Source: Planctomycetota bacterium (GTDB lineage Bacteria; Planctomycetota; MHYJ01; WSZJ01). Taken from it: a stretch of DNA of 64,000 nt. The position numbers were made by a program, and so were the translations under genes. The DNA is taken from NCBI GenBank assembly GCA_038060895.1, contig JBBTCT010000029.1, forward strand, positions 1-64,000, in the 5' to 3' direction. Every line of letters starts with the position of its first letter. Positions within the stretch are counted from its first letter, which is position 1. This document shows, in pieces, positions 17,517-27,736 of the stretch. Under the pieces are notes generated by a model. It made no database searches and had not been told where the DNA came from. It saw only the letters and a list, made by a program, of their open reading frames with translations.

Positions 17517-20267
17517 TCAGAACGCCAGGTCAAAGGTAACTTCGAACTTGATTCCCCTGGGAGCCTCATCCGTGCGATCCAGGGCCTTGGCCAGCGTGAT
17601 GATGATCGGGAAATACTTTCGCTCCAGCAGGTAGGTGTCGAACTGGAGCGAAAACCCCGCCGAGTAGTGCCACTCTTCACGCACCGGGTAGGCCAGCATG
17701 TTCATCACGTTTTCCTCGTTGCTGATCACTCCTACGTCCACGAAAACCGAGGCACGAAGGTCCTTGAGCAGCAAGACCTGCGCGGGCATCGCCAGGTCGA
17801 TGTCCCGCCAGATTGGGAAGCGGAACTCCGCGTTGGCCCAGGCGACATCCGTCCCGTTCGGCTCACCGGAGTCGTACGAGCGGACCTTGTCCTTGAGCGA
17901 GAGGCTCTCGCGGTCGGGGCCGGTGGAATGTGTTGCGGCGACACGAAGGGCGAGGACGTGGTCGTGCCAGAGCTCGATGTAGAGCCTGCCCTCCCCTGAG
18001 TAATTCACCCGGTCAATGTCGCTTCCCAGGGGCGGCGTCCACCATGTCGCTCCGAGGGAGATCGAGTAGCCGGAGACGGGGTTGGACCGGCGTTTCGTCA
18101 CGTTTTTCCGGGTTACCCCGAAGTTGAAACCGTCCTCAAAGTACTTCGGCGGAGTGTCGTCCGTTCCTGCCGCCTTGCTCGACTTGAAGTGACGGGCGGC
18201 GAAGGCGCTGAGGCCTGCGCGCGTGTCGGCGTCGATCGGGTACGAAATTCCCGCGGAGGCCCCGACTTTCTTCTCGGTGCCGTTGGAGTCCTGCTCCATG
18301 GCCGTATCGATCGAAATGAACAGGTCTGGGCGTAGCAGGCGATTGGTGTAAGTAACGTCGAAGGAAAAGTCGAATCCCCCGCTTCGAAATTTGTAATCGG
18401 TCCCCGAATCGACGGTGTGGTAGCCGAGGAGGTCGGAGAGCTTTGCGCCGGTCGGGAGGATGGACTCGAAACGAATGCGGGTTTCGTACGGCTGGACGGT
18501 GAATTTCTCGATGGAGCCGAGGGTGTAGTGCCGGGCCGCCTCCGCGCGGGTCGCGTCCGCAAAATCCGCCGGGGCAGGCGCTTCGCGCGGAGGAGTGGAC
18601 CAGGTCGTGAACCGTCCATGGCGGTAGACGGTGAAGACGATTTCGTTCGAGGAGGGCATCCAGCGCGGGGCGAGAGCGCCGCCGGGGACGTCGGTGTGGC
18701 GGGTCACCCGGCCGCCGGCCAGTTCGAGCGAGTAGAGATTGATCACGCCGCCCGGGTCCGCGGCGAACGTGACGGCGGCGCCGTCGGGGCGGAACGTCGG
18801 GCAGGATTCGTCGGCGGGCGTTGTGGTGAGGCGTTCGAGCCGGCCCGTCGGGACGTCGATGCGCCACAGGTCCGTCTGGCCGTCGGTCTCGCCCGTGAAG
18901 GCCACGGACTGGCTGTCGGGAGACCAGGCCGGGTCGGATTCGGGCCATGATTCGGAAGTGAGGCGACGGAGGTCGGAGGTCTGAACGTCCATCAGGTAGA
19001 GGTCCTGTGATCCGTTGCGCAACCCCGCGAAGACGATCGACTTCCCGTCCGGGGACCACTGGGGCGACACCACGTCGTCGAACGGAAGCTGCACTTTCCG
19101 CGCCAGCCCACCCTCCGCTGGCTGAATGAAAATCAGGGTCTCGGCGAGCCGGTCGCCCACGAAGCAGAGGAATTTTCCGTCCGGCGACCAGTCCACGCCG
19201 CGCAGCCCGGGATGCAGGCTGTCGATCGTCACATGCAGCTGGATTCGAAGCGGATGGCCTTCGTCCCCGCTCTCGAGGTCCAGGGTGACGAGGTCGAAGT
19301 ACCCCGAGGAGTCTTCAAAGAACGCGAGCTTGCGGCCGTCGGCGGAAGGAGCCGCTCCAAGCTCGTAGAACCGGTAATGCTGCTCGAACCCGCGCAGCCG
19401 CCGCGCGAACTTCTCCACTTCCTCACGTCCGGCCCACGGGCGATACCGCTCCTTCATCGCCTTCGCAAAGCGCTCCTCGACCTCAGTGTACGAAATGCCG
19501 CAGGCGCGCTGGATCAGGCGCCCCGTCGGCCACGGCACGTCCGAATCAAACACGTGCATCAGCCGCTTCGCAGACCCCCGCGGCGTGTGCGCCTCGATCC
19601 ACTCGACGGCCAACGCGGACTCCACCAGCATCTGGTAGCGCTCGTGGTTGTTGAGGTTGTTGGCGGAGTGAAGCGTTGAAAGCACTTCGAGCTCCCCGTC
19701 GAGGACCGCGTCCCGGACGAGCATCTCCTCGATCGGGGAGACCGGCCCCGCCTTGAACGCCGCGACGCCGAGGTTGACCCAGTCGGCGTACAGGTCGCTT
19801 TTCACCTCGAGAAGCGACGCCTTGAGCGTGTCGGAGGTGTAGTGGCGCTGGTCGATGAAGATCTGCGCCAGCTGAAACTCGAGCGTGCGCTGCATGTCAC
19901 GGTTGGAGCCGAGGCAGGGGATCAGGATGCGGCGTTTGCGCACGGAAGTCGCGATGGGGAAGAGTCCCTCCGGATTATCGGTGGCCCTGAAGTGCTGGCC
20001 GGCCTCGAGGCGGGAGCGGTAGAGGAGGACGCCGACGGGGCCGTCGAGCTTGTGATCGAGGTCCTTTTCGAAAAGCATGCGCGCGGATTCGAGCCATTGG
20101 GCGACCTCCCGGGCGCGCGGGAGGAACTGTTCTCCCGGATAGTGGACCTGGAACTCGCCTGCGTCGAGGACGCGCCAGTCGATGGGTGCCCGGAGGCCCT
20201 CCTGCGCAGACGCGAGGGAGGCCAGGAATAAAGCGAAGACGAAACCGCGGGAGGCGCTGCGGATCAC
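17517..20267 (-). CDS. Exported protein: peptidase-MA-like N-domain, TolB/PD40 beta-propeller and C-terminal Omp85/BamA-like barrel
   Basis: Signal peptide; repeated WSPDG/FRPDG blades; NAEFRFPI...FVDVG barrel motifs; C-terminal Phe. Confidence 0.8.
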   Translation of the reverse strand: MIRSASRGFVFALFLASLASAQEGLRAPIDWRVLDAGEFQVHYPGEQFLPRAREVAQWLESARMLFEKDLDHKLDGPVGVLLYRSRLEAGQHFRATDNPEGLFPIATSVRKRRILIPCLGSNRDMQRTLEFQLAQIFIDQRHYTSDTLKASLLEVKSDLYADWVNLGVAAFKAGPVSPIEEMLVRDAVLDGELEVLSTLHSANNLNNHERYQMLVESALAVEWIEAHTPRGSAKRLMHVFDSDVPWPTGRLIQRACGISYTEVEERFAKAMKERYRPWAGREEVEKFARRLRGFEQHYRFYELGAAPSADGRKLAFFEDSSGYFDLVTLDLESGDEGHPLRIQLHVTIDSLHPGLRGVDWSPDGKFLCFVGDRLAETLIFIQPAEGGLARKVQLPFDDVVSPQWSPDGKSIVFAGLRNGSQDLYLMDVQTSDLRRLTSESWPESDPAWSPDSQSVAFTGETDGQTDLWRIDVPTGRLERLTTTPADESCPTFRPDGAAVTFAADPGGVINLYSLELAGGRVTRHTDVPGGALAPRWMPSSNEIVFTVYRHGRFTTWSTPPREAPAPADFADATRAEAARHYTLGSIEKFTVQPYETRIRFESILPTGAKLSDLLGYHTVDSGTDYKFRSGGFDFSFDVTYTNRLLRPDLFISIDTAMEQDSNGTEKKVGASAGISYPIDADTRAGLSAFAARHFKSSKAAGTDDTPPKYFEDGFNFGVTRKNVTKRRSNPVSGYSISLGATWWTPPLGSDIDRVNYSGEGRLYIELWHDHVLALRVAATHSTGPDRESLSLKDKVRSYDSGEPNGTDVAWANAEFRFPIWRDIDLAMPAQVLLLKDLRASVFVDVGVISNEENVMNMLAYPVREEWHYSAGFSLQFDTYLLERKYFPIIITLAKALDRTDEAPRGIKFEVTFDLAF

Positions 20268-20343
20268 GGTGGAGGCAGAGGATACGCTTCAACAGGCCCC
20301 GCCGCCCGGTCCTTCCTTCCGCGCGACTGTTTTTCCCTTTCCC

Positions 20344-20372
20344 TTGACTCCACCCCCCCTTCGCCCTATCAT
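20344..20372 (+). promoter_or_regulatory. Sigma70-type promoter upstream of rho
   Basis: TTGACT-17 nt-TATCAT followed by a C-rich leader of about 340 nt. Confidence 0.65.
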
Positions 20373-20721
20373 GACTCCTGTCATAAGTTTCGACCGCCTG
20401 CGCGCACGACGCAGGCCGGCTCTACGGTCCGGCTCGGACCCCTTCACTTGCCCGTTCGGTCCCGAAATCCACACTTCCGAACACGGCACCGAGTCCAGCC
20501 GATCCTTCAGCCGGCCACTCACGGATTGAAAGTTGCGCACGTCAATGAAGCGCGTGCGCCGGCAGGAGGCGCGTGCGGCGCGGCGGCGATCGGGGAGACC
20601 CGGCTTTGAGATTCATGGGGCGTGGCGGCGCGAGGTTAGCGGCGGCCGCGCGGGAGTACCGCGGGGGAGAAGTGCACCGGCCAGCGCTCCATTCGGAGTG
20701 CGCCATTTTGACGGAGAGGTC

Positions 20722-22158
20722 ATGAACTTTCAGCATCAGGGCGGCGGCGGGAATCGATCGGGTGGCGGCGGCGGTGGGGGTGGAGGTGGCGGAGCGGGAG
20801 GCGGCCAGGGTGGCGCCGGCCGGCACCGTGGGCGGAGGGGCGGACGGCGCTGGCGAAATCGCCGGAACCGGCCTCTTCCGGGCCAGCCTGGCGCCGCGGT
20901 CATGAACGCGCCTTCGGCCGATCCGTACGCCGGGCAGCCGATTCCCGGGGATATTCCGTTGTTGCCGGTCGCGGGCGCCGAAGGCGTTCCGGCCGGTCAG
21001 GGCGCTCCCGCGGGGGGCGCGATTCCCGGCCAGCCGGTCCAGCCGGTCGGCCGCGGCGAGGGAGTCCTCGAAATCCATCCTGAAGGATTCGGATTTCTGC
21101 GCGACCCGAAGAACAACTACCTTTCGACGCCGCAGGACATCTACGTCGCCAAGTCCCAGATCGTCCGCTTCGCCATCCGTGAAGGATCGTGGCTGGAAGG
21201 GCCGCTGGCGCCCTCGAAGGACCGGAGCAAAGGGCCGGCGCTCATGGCGGTGGACCGGATCAACGGGATGGAGCCCGAGAAGCACCGGGAGCTGCCGGTT
21301 TTCAAGCAACTCACGAGCATCGACCCGCACAAGCGGCTGGATCTCGAAGGGAAGATGAACGACGTCTCGCTTCGGGTGATGGACCTCATCTGCCCGATCG
21401 GGAAGGGTCAGCGGTGCCTGATCGTGGCGCCGCCGCGCACGGGGAAGACGATGCTCCTGCAGAGGCTGGCGCAGGTCATCGGGATGAACCACCCGGAGTG
21501 CCACATCATCATGCTGCTCGTGGACGAGCGGCCTGAAGAAGTGACGGACATGCAGCGGAACGTGAAGGGCGAAGTCGTGTCGAGTTCGCTGGACAAGGTG
21601 GCGACGGCGCACGCGAGGCTTTCCGAGCTCGTGCTCGACCGGGCCCGTCGTCTCGTCGAGTGCGGCAAGGACGTCGTCATCCTTCTCGATTCGCTCACCC
21701 GGCTTGCCCGCGCCTACAACCGCGAATCCGGCGACCGGGGCCGCACGATGAGCGGCGGTCTCGACACCCACGCGATGGAAAAGCCGCGCGAGTTTTTCGG
21801 AAGCGCCCGCGCGCTCGAAGAAGGTGGTTCGCTCACGATCATCGCGACCTGTCTCATCGATACCGGCAGCAAGATGGACCAGGTCATCTTTGAAGACTTC
21901 AAGGGAACCGGCAACGCGGAACTCGTTCTTCACCGTCCGCTCGCCGAGCGCCGCATTTTCCCCGCGATCGACATCAACGCCTCAGGCACCCGCAAGGAAG
22001 AGAAGCTCCGTCATCCGATGGAACTCGAGCGCGTCTACCGCATGCGCCGGGCCCTGGCGCAGTTCAAACCGATCGAGGCGATGGAAGCGCTGATCCCGCG
22101 GGTTCAGAAGTGGCCGAGCAATTCGGCGTTCCTGGCGCAGTTCGATGTGAATACGTAG
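20722..22158 (+). CDS. rho: Transcription termination factor Rho
   Basis: [57 protein letters not shown]; GGAGAGG RBS before ATG 20722. Confidence 0.97.
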   Translation: MNFQHQGGGGNRSGGGGGGGGGGGAGGGQGGAGRHRGRRGGRRWRNRRNRPLPGQPGAAVMNAPSADPYAGQPIPGDIPLLPVAGAEGVPAGQGAPAGGAIPGQPVQPVGRGEGVLEIHPEGFGFLRDPKNNYLSTPQDIYVAKSQIVRFAIREGSWLEGPLAPSKDRSKGPALMAVDRINGMEPEKHRELPVFKQLTSIDPHKRLDLEGKMNDVSLRVMDLICPIGKGQRCLIVAPPRTGKTMLLQRLAQVIGMNHPECHIIMLLVDERPEEVTDMQRNVKGEVVSSSLDKVATAHARLSELVLDRARRLVECGKDVVILLDSLTRLARAYNRESGDRGRTMSGGLDTHAMEKPREFFGSARALEEGGSLTIIATCLIDTGSKMDQVIFEDFKGTGNAELVLHRPLAERRIFPAIDINASGTRKEEKLRHPMELERVYRMRRALAQFKPIEAMEALIPRVQKWPSNSAFLAQFDVNT

Positions 22159-22160
22159 GG

Positions 22161-22248
22161 GGGAAGTAGGCAGGGGGTAGTCGGTAGGGGGTAGGAACGA
22201 CCCTCCTGGCAACGGTCCTTTCTACCCACTACCCACTACCCACTCTCC
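22161..22248. repeat. Heptamer (GGTAG[TG]G / CTACCCA) inverted repeat between convergent genes
   Basis: Left arm GGGGTAGTCGGTAGGGGGTAGG; right arm CTACCCACTACCCACTACCCAC. Confidence 0.75.
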
Positions 22249-22253
22249 AGACG

Positions 22254-22874
22254 TCACTTCCCGGGCGGCTCGTCGTGAAATCGCAGCCCCTCCCGGAATT
22301 CCTTAACCTCCGCGAGGTGGCCTTCGTCGCCCCAGTAAATGACGTGAAGCGCCTTGGCCCCGCGCGGCAGGAGCCATGACGCCCCGATCCTCGTGTCCCC
22401 CGGCAGCTTGACCGCCAGCGCTTCAGCCCCCGGCCATTCCGGAATCGCGTGCTCGACGATCTCCGCCCCGGGGACGATCTCCCGGATTCGCGCGAGGTGC
22501 GCATCTCGCCCCGTGGCCGGTTCCGCGACGCGGAACCTGAGCGCGGCGGCGCCGAAGACCTGCGAGAAGGCGATGGAGGTAGTATCGCGCTGCAGATAGC
22601 GCCAGTCGCGGGGAGGACGAATGGAAGCGCCGGCCTCGGGGAACTCGGAGTCGGCGATTTCGGGAGCAGGAGGGCGCTGGTCGGGGGCATCGCCGCGCGG
22701 GCGCAGCGGGCCGAGCAGCAGGGCCGCGCCGACGGTCACGGCGCCCAGAGCCGCTACTCCGAGGAGGATGATCCCCCACCGCGAAATCCCGCCCGAGTAA
22801 CCGCAGTGCGGGCACACGCCGCCCGAACGCGCGGGGTCAAAGGTCTGGCGGCACCGGGAACAGGCGCGGATCAT
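22254..22874 (-). CDS. Hypothetical membrane protein with an N-terminal zinc ribbon
   Basis: CSRC...CPHC followed by one TM helix. Confidence 0.7.
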   Translation of the reverse strand: MIRACSRCRQTFDPARSGGVCPHCGYSGGISRWGIILLGVAALGAVTVGAALLLGPLRPRGDAPDQRPPAPEIADSEFPEAGASIRPPRDWRYLQRDTTSIAFSQVFGAAALRFRVAEPATGRDAHLARIREIVPGAEIVEHAIPEWPGAEALAVKLPGDTRIGASWLLPRGAKALHVIYWGDEGHLAEVKEFREGLRFHDEPPGK

Positions 22875-23050
22875 CGCGGGCCGGGGGTCCCGAGAGGGGC
22901 CGGGGGCTGCTGCGCGCGCTGCTGGCCCTTGATCATCTTTCCGGCAAAGACCGCGATCGCGGCCGCAATGGCGACGACCGCCGCCGCAACCCCGGCGCGC
23001 TTTCGCCTCCGCCGGCGGGGCGCCTTGCCGAAGCGGACGTTAATGTCCAT
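22871..23050 (-). CDS. Small single-TM protein (59 aa), not in the ORF track
   Basis: MDINVRFGKAPRRRRRKRAGVAAAVVAIAAAIAVFAGKMIKGQQRAQQPPAPLGTPGPR*; overlaps both neighbours (ATGA at the 3' end). Confidence 0.65.
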   Translation of the reverse strand: MDINVRFGKAPRRRRRKRAGVAAAVVAIAAAIAVFAGKMIKGQQRAQQPPAPLGTPGPR

Positions 23051-23903
23051 CAGTCGGTTTTTCCACCGGCGCCGGCTCCGAGAGTTTCATGGTTTTGAAC
23101 ACCGCCAGCGCGTCCGCGCACACACCTTTTTTTCCTTCGGCGCTCACCCACAGCCGGTGGTTCGTGCGGTCCACCCACCACGACCCCGCTTCACGTCCCG
23201 GGTCCGACGGCCACGAAGCGAAGAGCGCTTCGCCCCCCGGCAGTTCCGACGTCCCGGCCTTCCAGTCGCCGGTCGGCTGAAAGGACTTGGCCCGTTCCCC
23301 GTGCGTTTCGCCGGTGACCTGCAGCACGCTGACGGCGATCACGCCGTGCGAGGTCTCAAATGCGAATCTCATCCCTTCCTTCTCCGTGATCTTCCACGAC
23401 GGCGGCGCGGTGAACTCGATCCCCGCATTCACGAACGAGCACGGCGTGCCGTGGGCCGGGGAGCCTGCTTCTTCCCGCAGCCTGTTTGCGCGACCGCGAA
23501 GCAGGAGGGTCGCGACCATCGCGATGAGGAGGACGCCAACCGAAACGGCGCCGGCGACGGCGGGATTCTGGAGCGCGGAGTAAAAGCGGGGCTCCGGGCG
23601 CGGCGCGGGGAGACCGTCATGAATGGCGATGCGGTGGCGCGGGCCGAACGGGTTGTCCCGGACTTCGCGGTGAGCGTTGGAATCGGACGGGGAAGCAGCG
23701 GCGGCGGGGGATGCCGAAGCGGCCGGAACGGGGAAGGGCGCCATGGTGTGCCCGAATGCGGCGGGAGCTGCGACTGCGGCCGGTTGAGGCGCAGCTGGCG
23801 AGGGGCTCGGCAACCCGTGAATTTTGCCGCACTTGCACGTCACGGACGCAGGACCGAGTCCGGTCCGGATCGTCTCGCCGCAGGAGCAGTGAAGAGTAAT
23901 CAC
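23040..23903 (-). CDS. Hypothetical membrane protein with an N-terminal CxCG zinc ribbon
   Basis: CSCG...CKCG, Pro/Ala linker, TM helix, soluble C-domain. Confidence 0.7.
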   Translation of the reverse strand: MITLHCSCGETIRTGLGPASVTCKCGKIHGLPSPSPAAPQPAAVAAPAAFGHTMAPFPVPAASASPAAAASPSDSNAHREVRDNPFGPRHRIAIHDGLPAPRPEPRFYSALQNPAVAGAVSVGVLLIAMVATLLLRGRANRLREEAGSPAHGTPCSFVNAGIEFTAPPSWKITEKEGMRFAFETSHGVIAVSVLQVTGETHGERAKSFQPTGDWKAGTSELPGGEALFASWPSDPGREAGSWWVDRTNHRLWVSAEGKKGVCADALAVFKTMKLSEPAPVEKPTDGH

Positions 23904-23946
23904 GCGGGAGTCAGTATAGCGACGGCGACGACGGAAGCGCTCTCTC

Positions 23947-24894
23947 TCAGTTCGACTTCACCGCGTTCCGCACCTCGCCCTTGTTGAAGAACGCCACGAA
24001 TTGCTCCGCAATTTCGACGGCGACGCGTTCCTGCGCTTCCTCAGTCGAGGCGCCGAGGTGGGGGGTCATGACGACGTTGGCGAGGGAGCGGAACGGCGAG
24101 TCGGCGGGAAGGGGCTCCGTTTCGAACACGTCGAGCGCGGCGCCTGCGATTTTTCCGGACTTCAGCGCTTCCAGGAGCGCTGCTTCGTCCACGATGCCGC
24201 CGCGGGCCGCGTTGACGAGGCGGGCGTTCTTTTTCATCTTTGCGAACTGTGCGGGGCCGATGAGGTGTTTCGTCTCGGGGGTGAGAGGGGAGTGGACGGA
24301 GATGAAATCCGCGGCGGGGAGCAGGTCGTCGAGCGCGACCTTCCTGGCGCCGAGTTCCGCCGCGCGGGCGTCGGTGATATAGGGGTCGAAGACGAGCACG
24401 GTCATGTCGAGCGCGCGCCCGACCTTCGCGACGACACTGGCGACGCGGCCGAGGCCGAGGAGTCCGAGCGTCTTTCCGGTGAGCTCGACTCCCGTCAGGC
24501 CCTTTTTGGGCCACTGGCCTGCGTGCATCTCGCGGTCCGCGGAGGCGACGTGGCGCGCCAGCGCGAACATCAGCGCCACCGCGTGTTCCCCGGCGCTCGT
24601 CGTGTTTCCGCCGGGCGTGTTCTCGACGATGACCCCGGCTTTCACGGCCGCCGCGACGTCGATGTTGTCCACGCCTGCGCCGGCCCGTCCGACGATCTTC
24701 AGCTTCTTCCCGGCGGCGAGCACCTTCGCGGTCACCTTTGTCGCGCTTCTCACGATCAGGCCGTCGTACGCCCCGATCTCCGCGCACACCTGCTCTTCCG
24801 TCAGCCCTGTTTTTTTTTCGACCGCCACGCCGCCCTTCCGCAGCACGGCCATGGCGGCATCGCTTACGGCGTCGGCGATCAGGACGGTCGGCAT
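23947..24894 (-). CDS. serA: D-3-phosphoglycerate dehydrogenase, short form without ACT domain
   Basis: LIVRSATKVT, GRAGAGVDNID, NTPGGNT, NAARGGIVDE, TPHLGASTEEAQ. Confidence 0.88.
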   Translation of the reverse strand: MPTVLIADAVSDAAMAVLRKGGVAVEKKTGLTEEQVCAEIGAYDGLIVRSATKVTAKVLAAGKKLKIVGRAGAGVDNIDVAAAVKAGVIVENTPGGNTTSAGEHAVALMFALARHVASADREMHAGQWPKKGLTGVELTGKTLGLLGLGRVASVVAKVGRALDMTVLVFDPYITDARAAELGARKVALDDLLPAADFISVHSPLTPETKHLIGPAQFAKMKKNARLVNAARGGIVDEAALLEALKSGKIAGAALDVFETEPLPADSPFRSLANVVMTPHLGASTEEAQERVAVEIAEQFVAFFNKGEVRNAVKSN

Positions 24895-24986
24895 GGAAGA
24901 GTCTCCGTTTGCGGAAGTGGGGGGCGATGAGGTTCGCGCGGAAGAGCCGTCGTGTCAACACGACGCGGCCGGGCGTTTCGCGTAAA

Positions 24987-26171
24987 ATGACCGCAGTTCC
25001 CATGGGCCCCCTCATTCGCACGCGCGCCATTCTCGAAGACGTCGAGGATCGCGCCCTCGCGCCGTTCGGCGTCCGGTCGCGTGGCGCGAAACGCACCCAC
25101 GTTGAAAATGTCGCGGACTTCCGGACCCACTTCCAGCACGACTGGAACCGCGTCCTGCACTGCCGCGCCTTCCGGAAGCTCGAGTACAAGACGCAGGTGC
25201 TTCCGTACGGGCTCGGGTCGGACTTCGTGCGCAATCGCCTTACGCACACGCTGGAGGTCAGCCAGATCGCCGTCGGCATCGCGCGCGCCCTCGGCCTCAA
25301 CGAGGATCTCGCGCAGGCGGTCTCGCTTGCGCATGACCTCGGGCACCCCCCCTTTGGCCACAAGGGCGAAGACGAACTCCAGGCGATCTGCGGGCACTTC
25401 AATCACAACGAGCACTCGCTGCGGATCGTGACGGAGATCGAGAAGCGCTACCCGTCGTTCCCCGGGTTAAACCTGTCAACCGACGTGCTCGAGGGAATCG
25501 AGAAGCACGAGACGGACTACGACCGCATCGGCTCCTACCGCTTCAATCCAAACCTCGGCCCGAGCCTGGAAGCGCTGGTCGCGAATTTCGCCGACACGAT
25601 CGCGTACCGGGCGCACGACATCGAGGACGGGCTCGAGAGCCGGATCGTGCAGGAGGGCGATTTCCGGGGGGTCGCGTTCTGGCGGAGGATCGAGACGGAG
25701 CTGACGAAGGACATGCGGCCCAGCATGAGGCTCGCGCGGATCACGCGGCGTGCGATCGGGGCGATGGTGGACGACATCGTGCGGGAGTCGGCGCGGCGGC
25801 TTGAGGAAGCGGGCGTGAAGGGCCTTGCGGACGTGCGGGCTTCGCGGAAGTCGCTGGTGGGGTGGTCGTTCGCGATGGCGAAGGAGCAGAAGGAGCTGGG
25901 CGGACTGCTGATGGACAAGTACTACCTGTCCGACAAAGTGAAGGAGGCGTGCGGCGTCGGCTCCAAAGTGATCCGGGCGCTCTACCTGCGTTACCTGAAG
26001 GAGCCGAATCTGCTGCCGGAGCTCGAGCGCGAGAAGCTCGAAACGGCCGGTGAGAAGGAGCGCGAGCTGGTCGTCGCGCACTGGATCGCGGGGATGACCG
26101 ACCGGTACGCGCTGCGGGACTACGAGCGGATCTTCGGCGAAAAAATCGTCCTCCCGGGCGCGGGGTGGTAA
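24987..26171 (+). CDS. dgt: Deoxyguanosinetriphosphate triphosphohydrolase (HD family)
   Basis: FRKLEYKTQV, RLTHTLEV, HDLGHPPFGH, HDIEDG, IAGMTDRYA. Alternative start at 25002. Confidence 0.92.
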   Translation: MTAVPMGPLIRTRAILEDVEDRALAPFGVRSRGAKRTHVENVADFRTHFQHDWNRVLHCRAFRKLEYKTQVLPYGLGSDFVRNRLTHTLEVSQIAVGIARALGLNEDLAQAVSLAHDLGHPPFGHKGEDELQAICGHFNHNEHSLRIVTEIEKRYPSFPGLNLSTDVLEGIEKHETDYDRIGSYRFNPNLGPSLEALVANFADTIAYRAHDIEDGLESRIVQEGDFRGVAFWRRIETELTKDMRPSMRLARITRRAIGAMVDDIVRESARRLEEAGVKGLADVRASRKSLVGWSFAMAKEQKELGGLLMDKYYLSDKVKEACGVGSKVIRALYLRYLKEPNLLPELEREKLETAGEKERELVVAHWIAGMTDRYALRDYERIFGEKIVLPGAGW

Positions 26172-26218
26172 GCCGCCGCTGCCTTCACTGAGCGCGGCAC
26201 CGTGTTACACTTCGCGCC

Positions 26219-27517
26219 TTGAGCCCGCTTCCGAACCCTCCCAGCAATCCGCAGGGCACGCCGCGCAGCTCCGGGCCGGGCATGCCGGCGTCGCGGCCGG
26301 TGACGGTGCCGCCGGTGGTCGTGGGGGGCGGGAACGCTCCAAAGCGCGGGGGGCCGGCGACTCCGGTTCCGAGGCAGGCGACCCCGTTGAAAGGGCAGCC
26401 GGCCTCGGGAGCCCGCCCCGCCGTAAGGCAGCCGACCGCTCAGCACAAGGCGGCTTCTCCCAGCGGACCCCAGAGAGTGTCCGCCTCCGGGACGCCGAGG
26501 TCGGTGCAGCCGGGCGGCGTCACGGCTTCGCGAAGGCCAATGCCGCCGGAGGTCGCTGCCGCTTCCCAGAGCGCGCACCTGGGCGGGTACGTGAAGATCC
26601 AGAAGGTGGGGACGGGGTCGATGGGGGAAGTATTCAAGGCGTGGGACCAGAAGGAAGGTCGATGGGTGGCGCTCAAGATCCTGCGTTCGAACGACATGAC
26701 GCAGCTGGCGCGGTTCGTGCGTGAAGCGCAGGTGGCGAGCGGTATGAACCACCCGAACATCACGCGGATTTTCGATGCGGGGAAAGACAAGGGGATGTGG
26801 TTCATCGCGATGCAGTTCGTCGCGGGGCACACGCTTCGCGCATTTCCGCGGACGAGCCGGCGGATTTCGGTGGAGTTGATGCGGGACGCGGCGCGGGCGC
26901 TGGACTATGCGCACGGCAAGGGGACGGTGCACCGCGACCTGAAGCCCGAGAACTTCATGGTACAGAGCAAGCCGAAGCCGGGGGGAAATGCGAAGTCGAT
27001 CGACGGCTGCACGCACCACATCTTCGTGATGGACTTCGGGATCGCGCGGCCGAGCGACGCCAGCACGCAACTGACAATCCCGGGGACGGTGATGGGATCG
27101 CCGTCGTTCATGTCGCCGGAGCAGGCATCGGGGCGCGAGGTCGATCACCGGACGGACGTCTACGCGCTCGGCGCGACGCTCTACGACAGGCTCTGCGGGA
27201 AGCCGCCCTTCGAGTCGAAGAACATTTTCGAAGGGCTTCGGCTGGTGCAGGAGACGATGCCGCAGAGGCCGAGGTCAATCGATCCTTCGATCGACCCGAA
27301 GCTCGAAGCAATCGTGATGAAAGCGCTGGAGAAGGACCCGGCGAAGCGTCCCCAGACGGCGACGGAGCTGGCGGAAGCACTGGACGCGTGGCTGCTCGAC
27401 AACCCGCCGGCCTCGGCCGCGCCGATCGCGGCGAAGAAGACAGGCTGCGGGAAGGCGGCCGTCTGGCTGCTGGCCGCGGGGGCGGCGGGGGCCGCGCTGG
27501 TCCAGGCCATGGCCTGA
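26219..27517 (+). CDS. Serine/threonine protein kinase with a Pro-rich N-terminus
   Basis: GTGSMGEV, VALK, HRDLKPEN, DFG, MSPEQ, DVYALG. Start uncertain. Confidence 0.92.
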   Translation: MSPLPNPPSNPQGTPRSSGPGMPASRPVTVPPVVVGGGNAPKRGGPATPVPRQATPLKGQPASGARPAVRQPTAQHKAASPSGPQRVSASGTPRSVQPGGVTASRRPMPPEVAAASQSAHLGGYVKIQKVGTGSMGEVFKAWDQKEGRWVALKILRSNDMTQLARFVREAQVASGMNHPNITRIFDAGKDKGMWFIAMQFVAGHTLRAFPRTSRRISVELMRDAARALDYAHGKGTVHRDLKPENFMVQSKPKPGGNAKSIDGCTHHIFVMDFGIARPSDASTQLTIPGTVMGSPSFMSPEQASGREVDHRTDVYALGATLYDRLCGKPPFESKNIFEGLRLVQETMPQRPRSIDPSIDPKLEAIVMKALEKDPAKRPQTATELAEALDAWLLDNPPASAAPIAAKKTGCGKAAVWLLAAGAAGAALVQAMA

Positions 27518-27615
27518 GGTTGAGTCGCGCATTACGCGGGACCCCGATTCCCGTATCATCTGCCTGGGGGGGGCACTAGTGGAACGTCAAGCTTGTTTCC
27601 GGAGGTCATGAAGGC

Positions 27616-27680
27616 GTGCCTGGTGCCTTGTGCCTGGTGCGACTTTTCTCGCGAGGCACGAGACACGAGGCACGGGGCAC
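27616..27680. repeat. Heptamer (GTGCCTG / GAGGCAC) inverted repeat
   Basis: GTGCCTGGTGCCTTGTGCCTGGTGC ... GAGGCACGAGACACGAGGCACGGGGCAC. Confidence 0.75.
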
Positions 27681-27736
27681 TTCCCGGAAGAGCGAACTTC
27701 CACAATCAACCCAGTCGCCCCACGAGCTCCCGAAAT

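Noticed and set aside
24987-26171. dGTPase as an anti-phage defence system
   Set aside because: It resembles the short housekeeping dGTPase-like type and has no defence-island neighbours.
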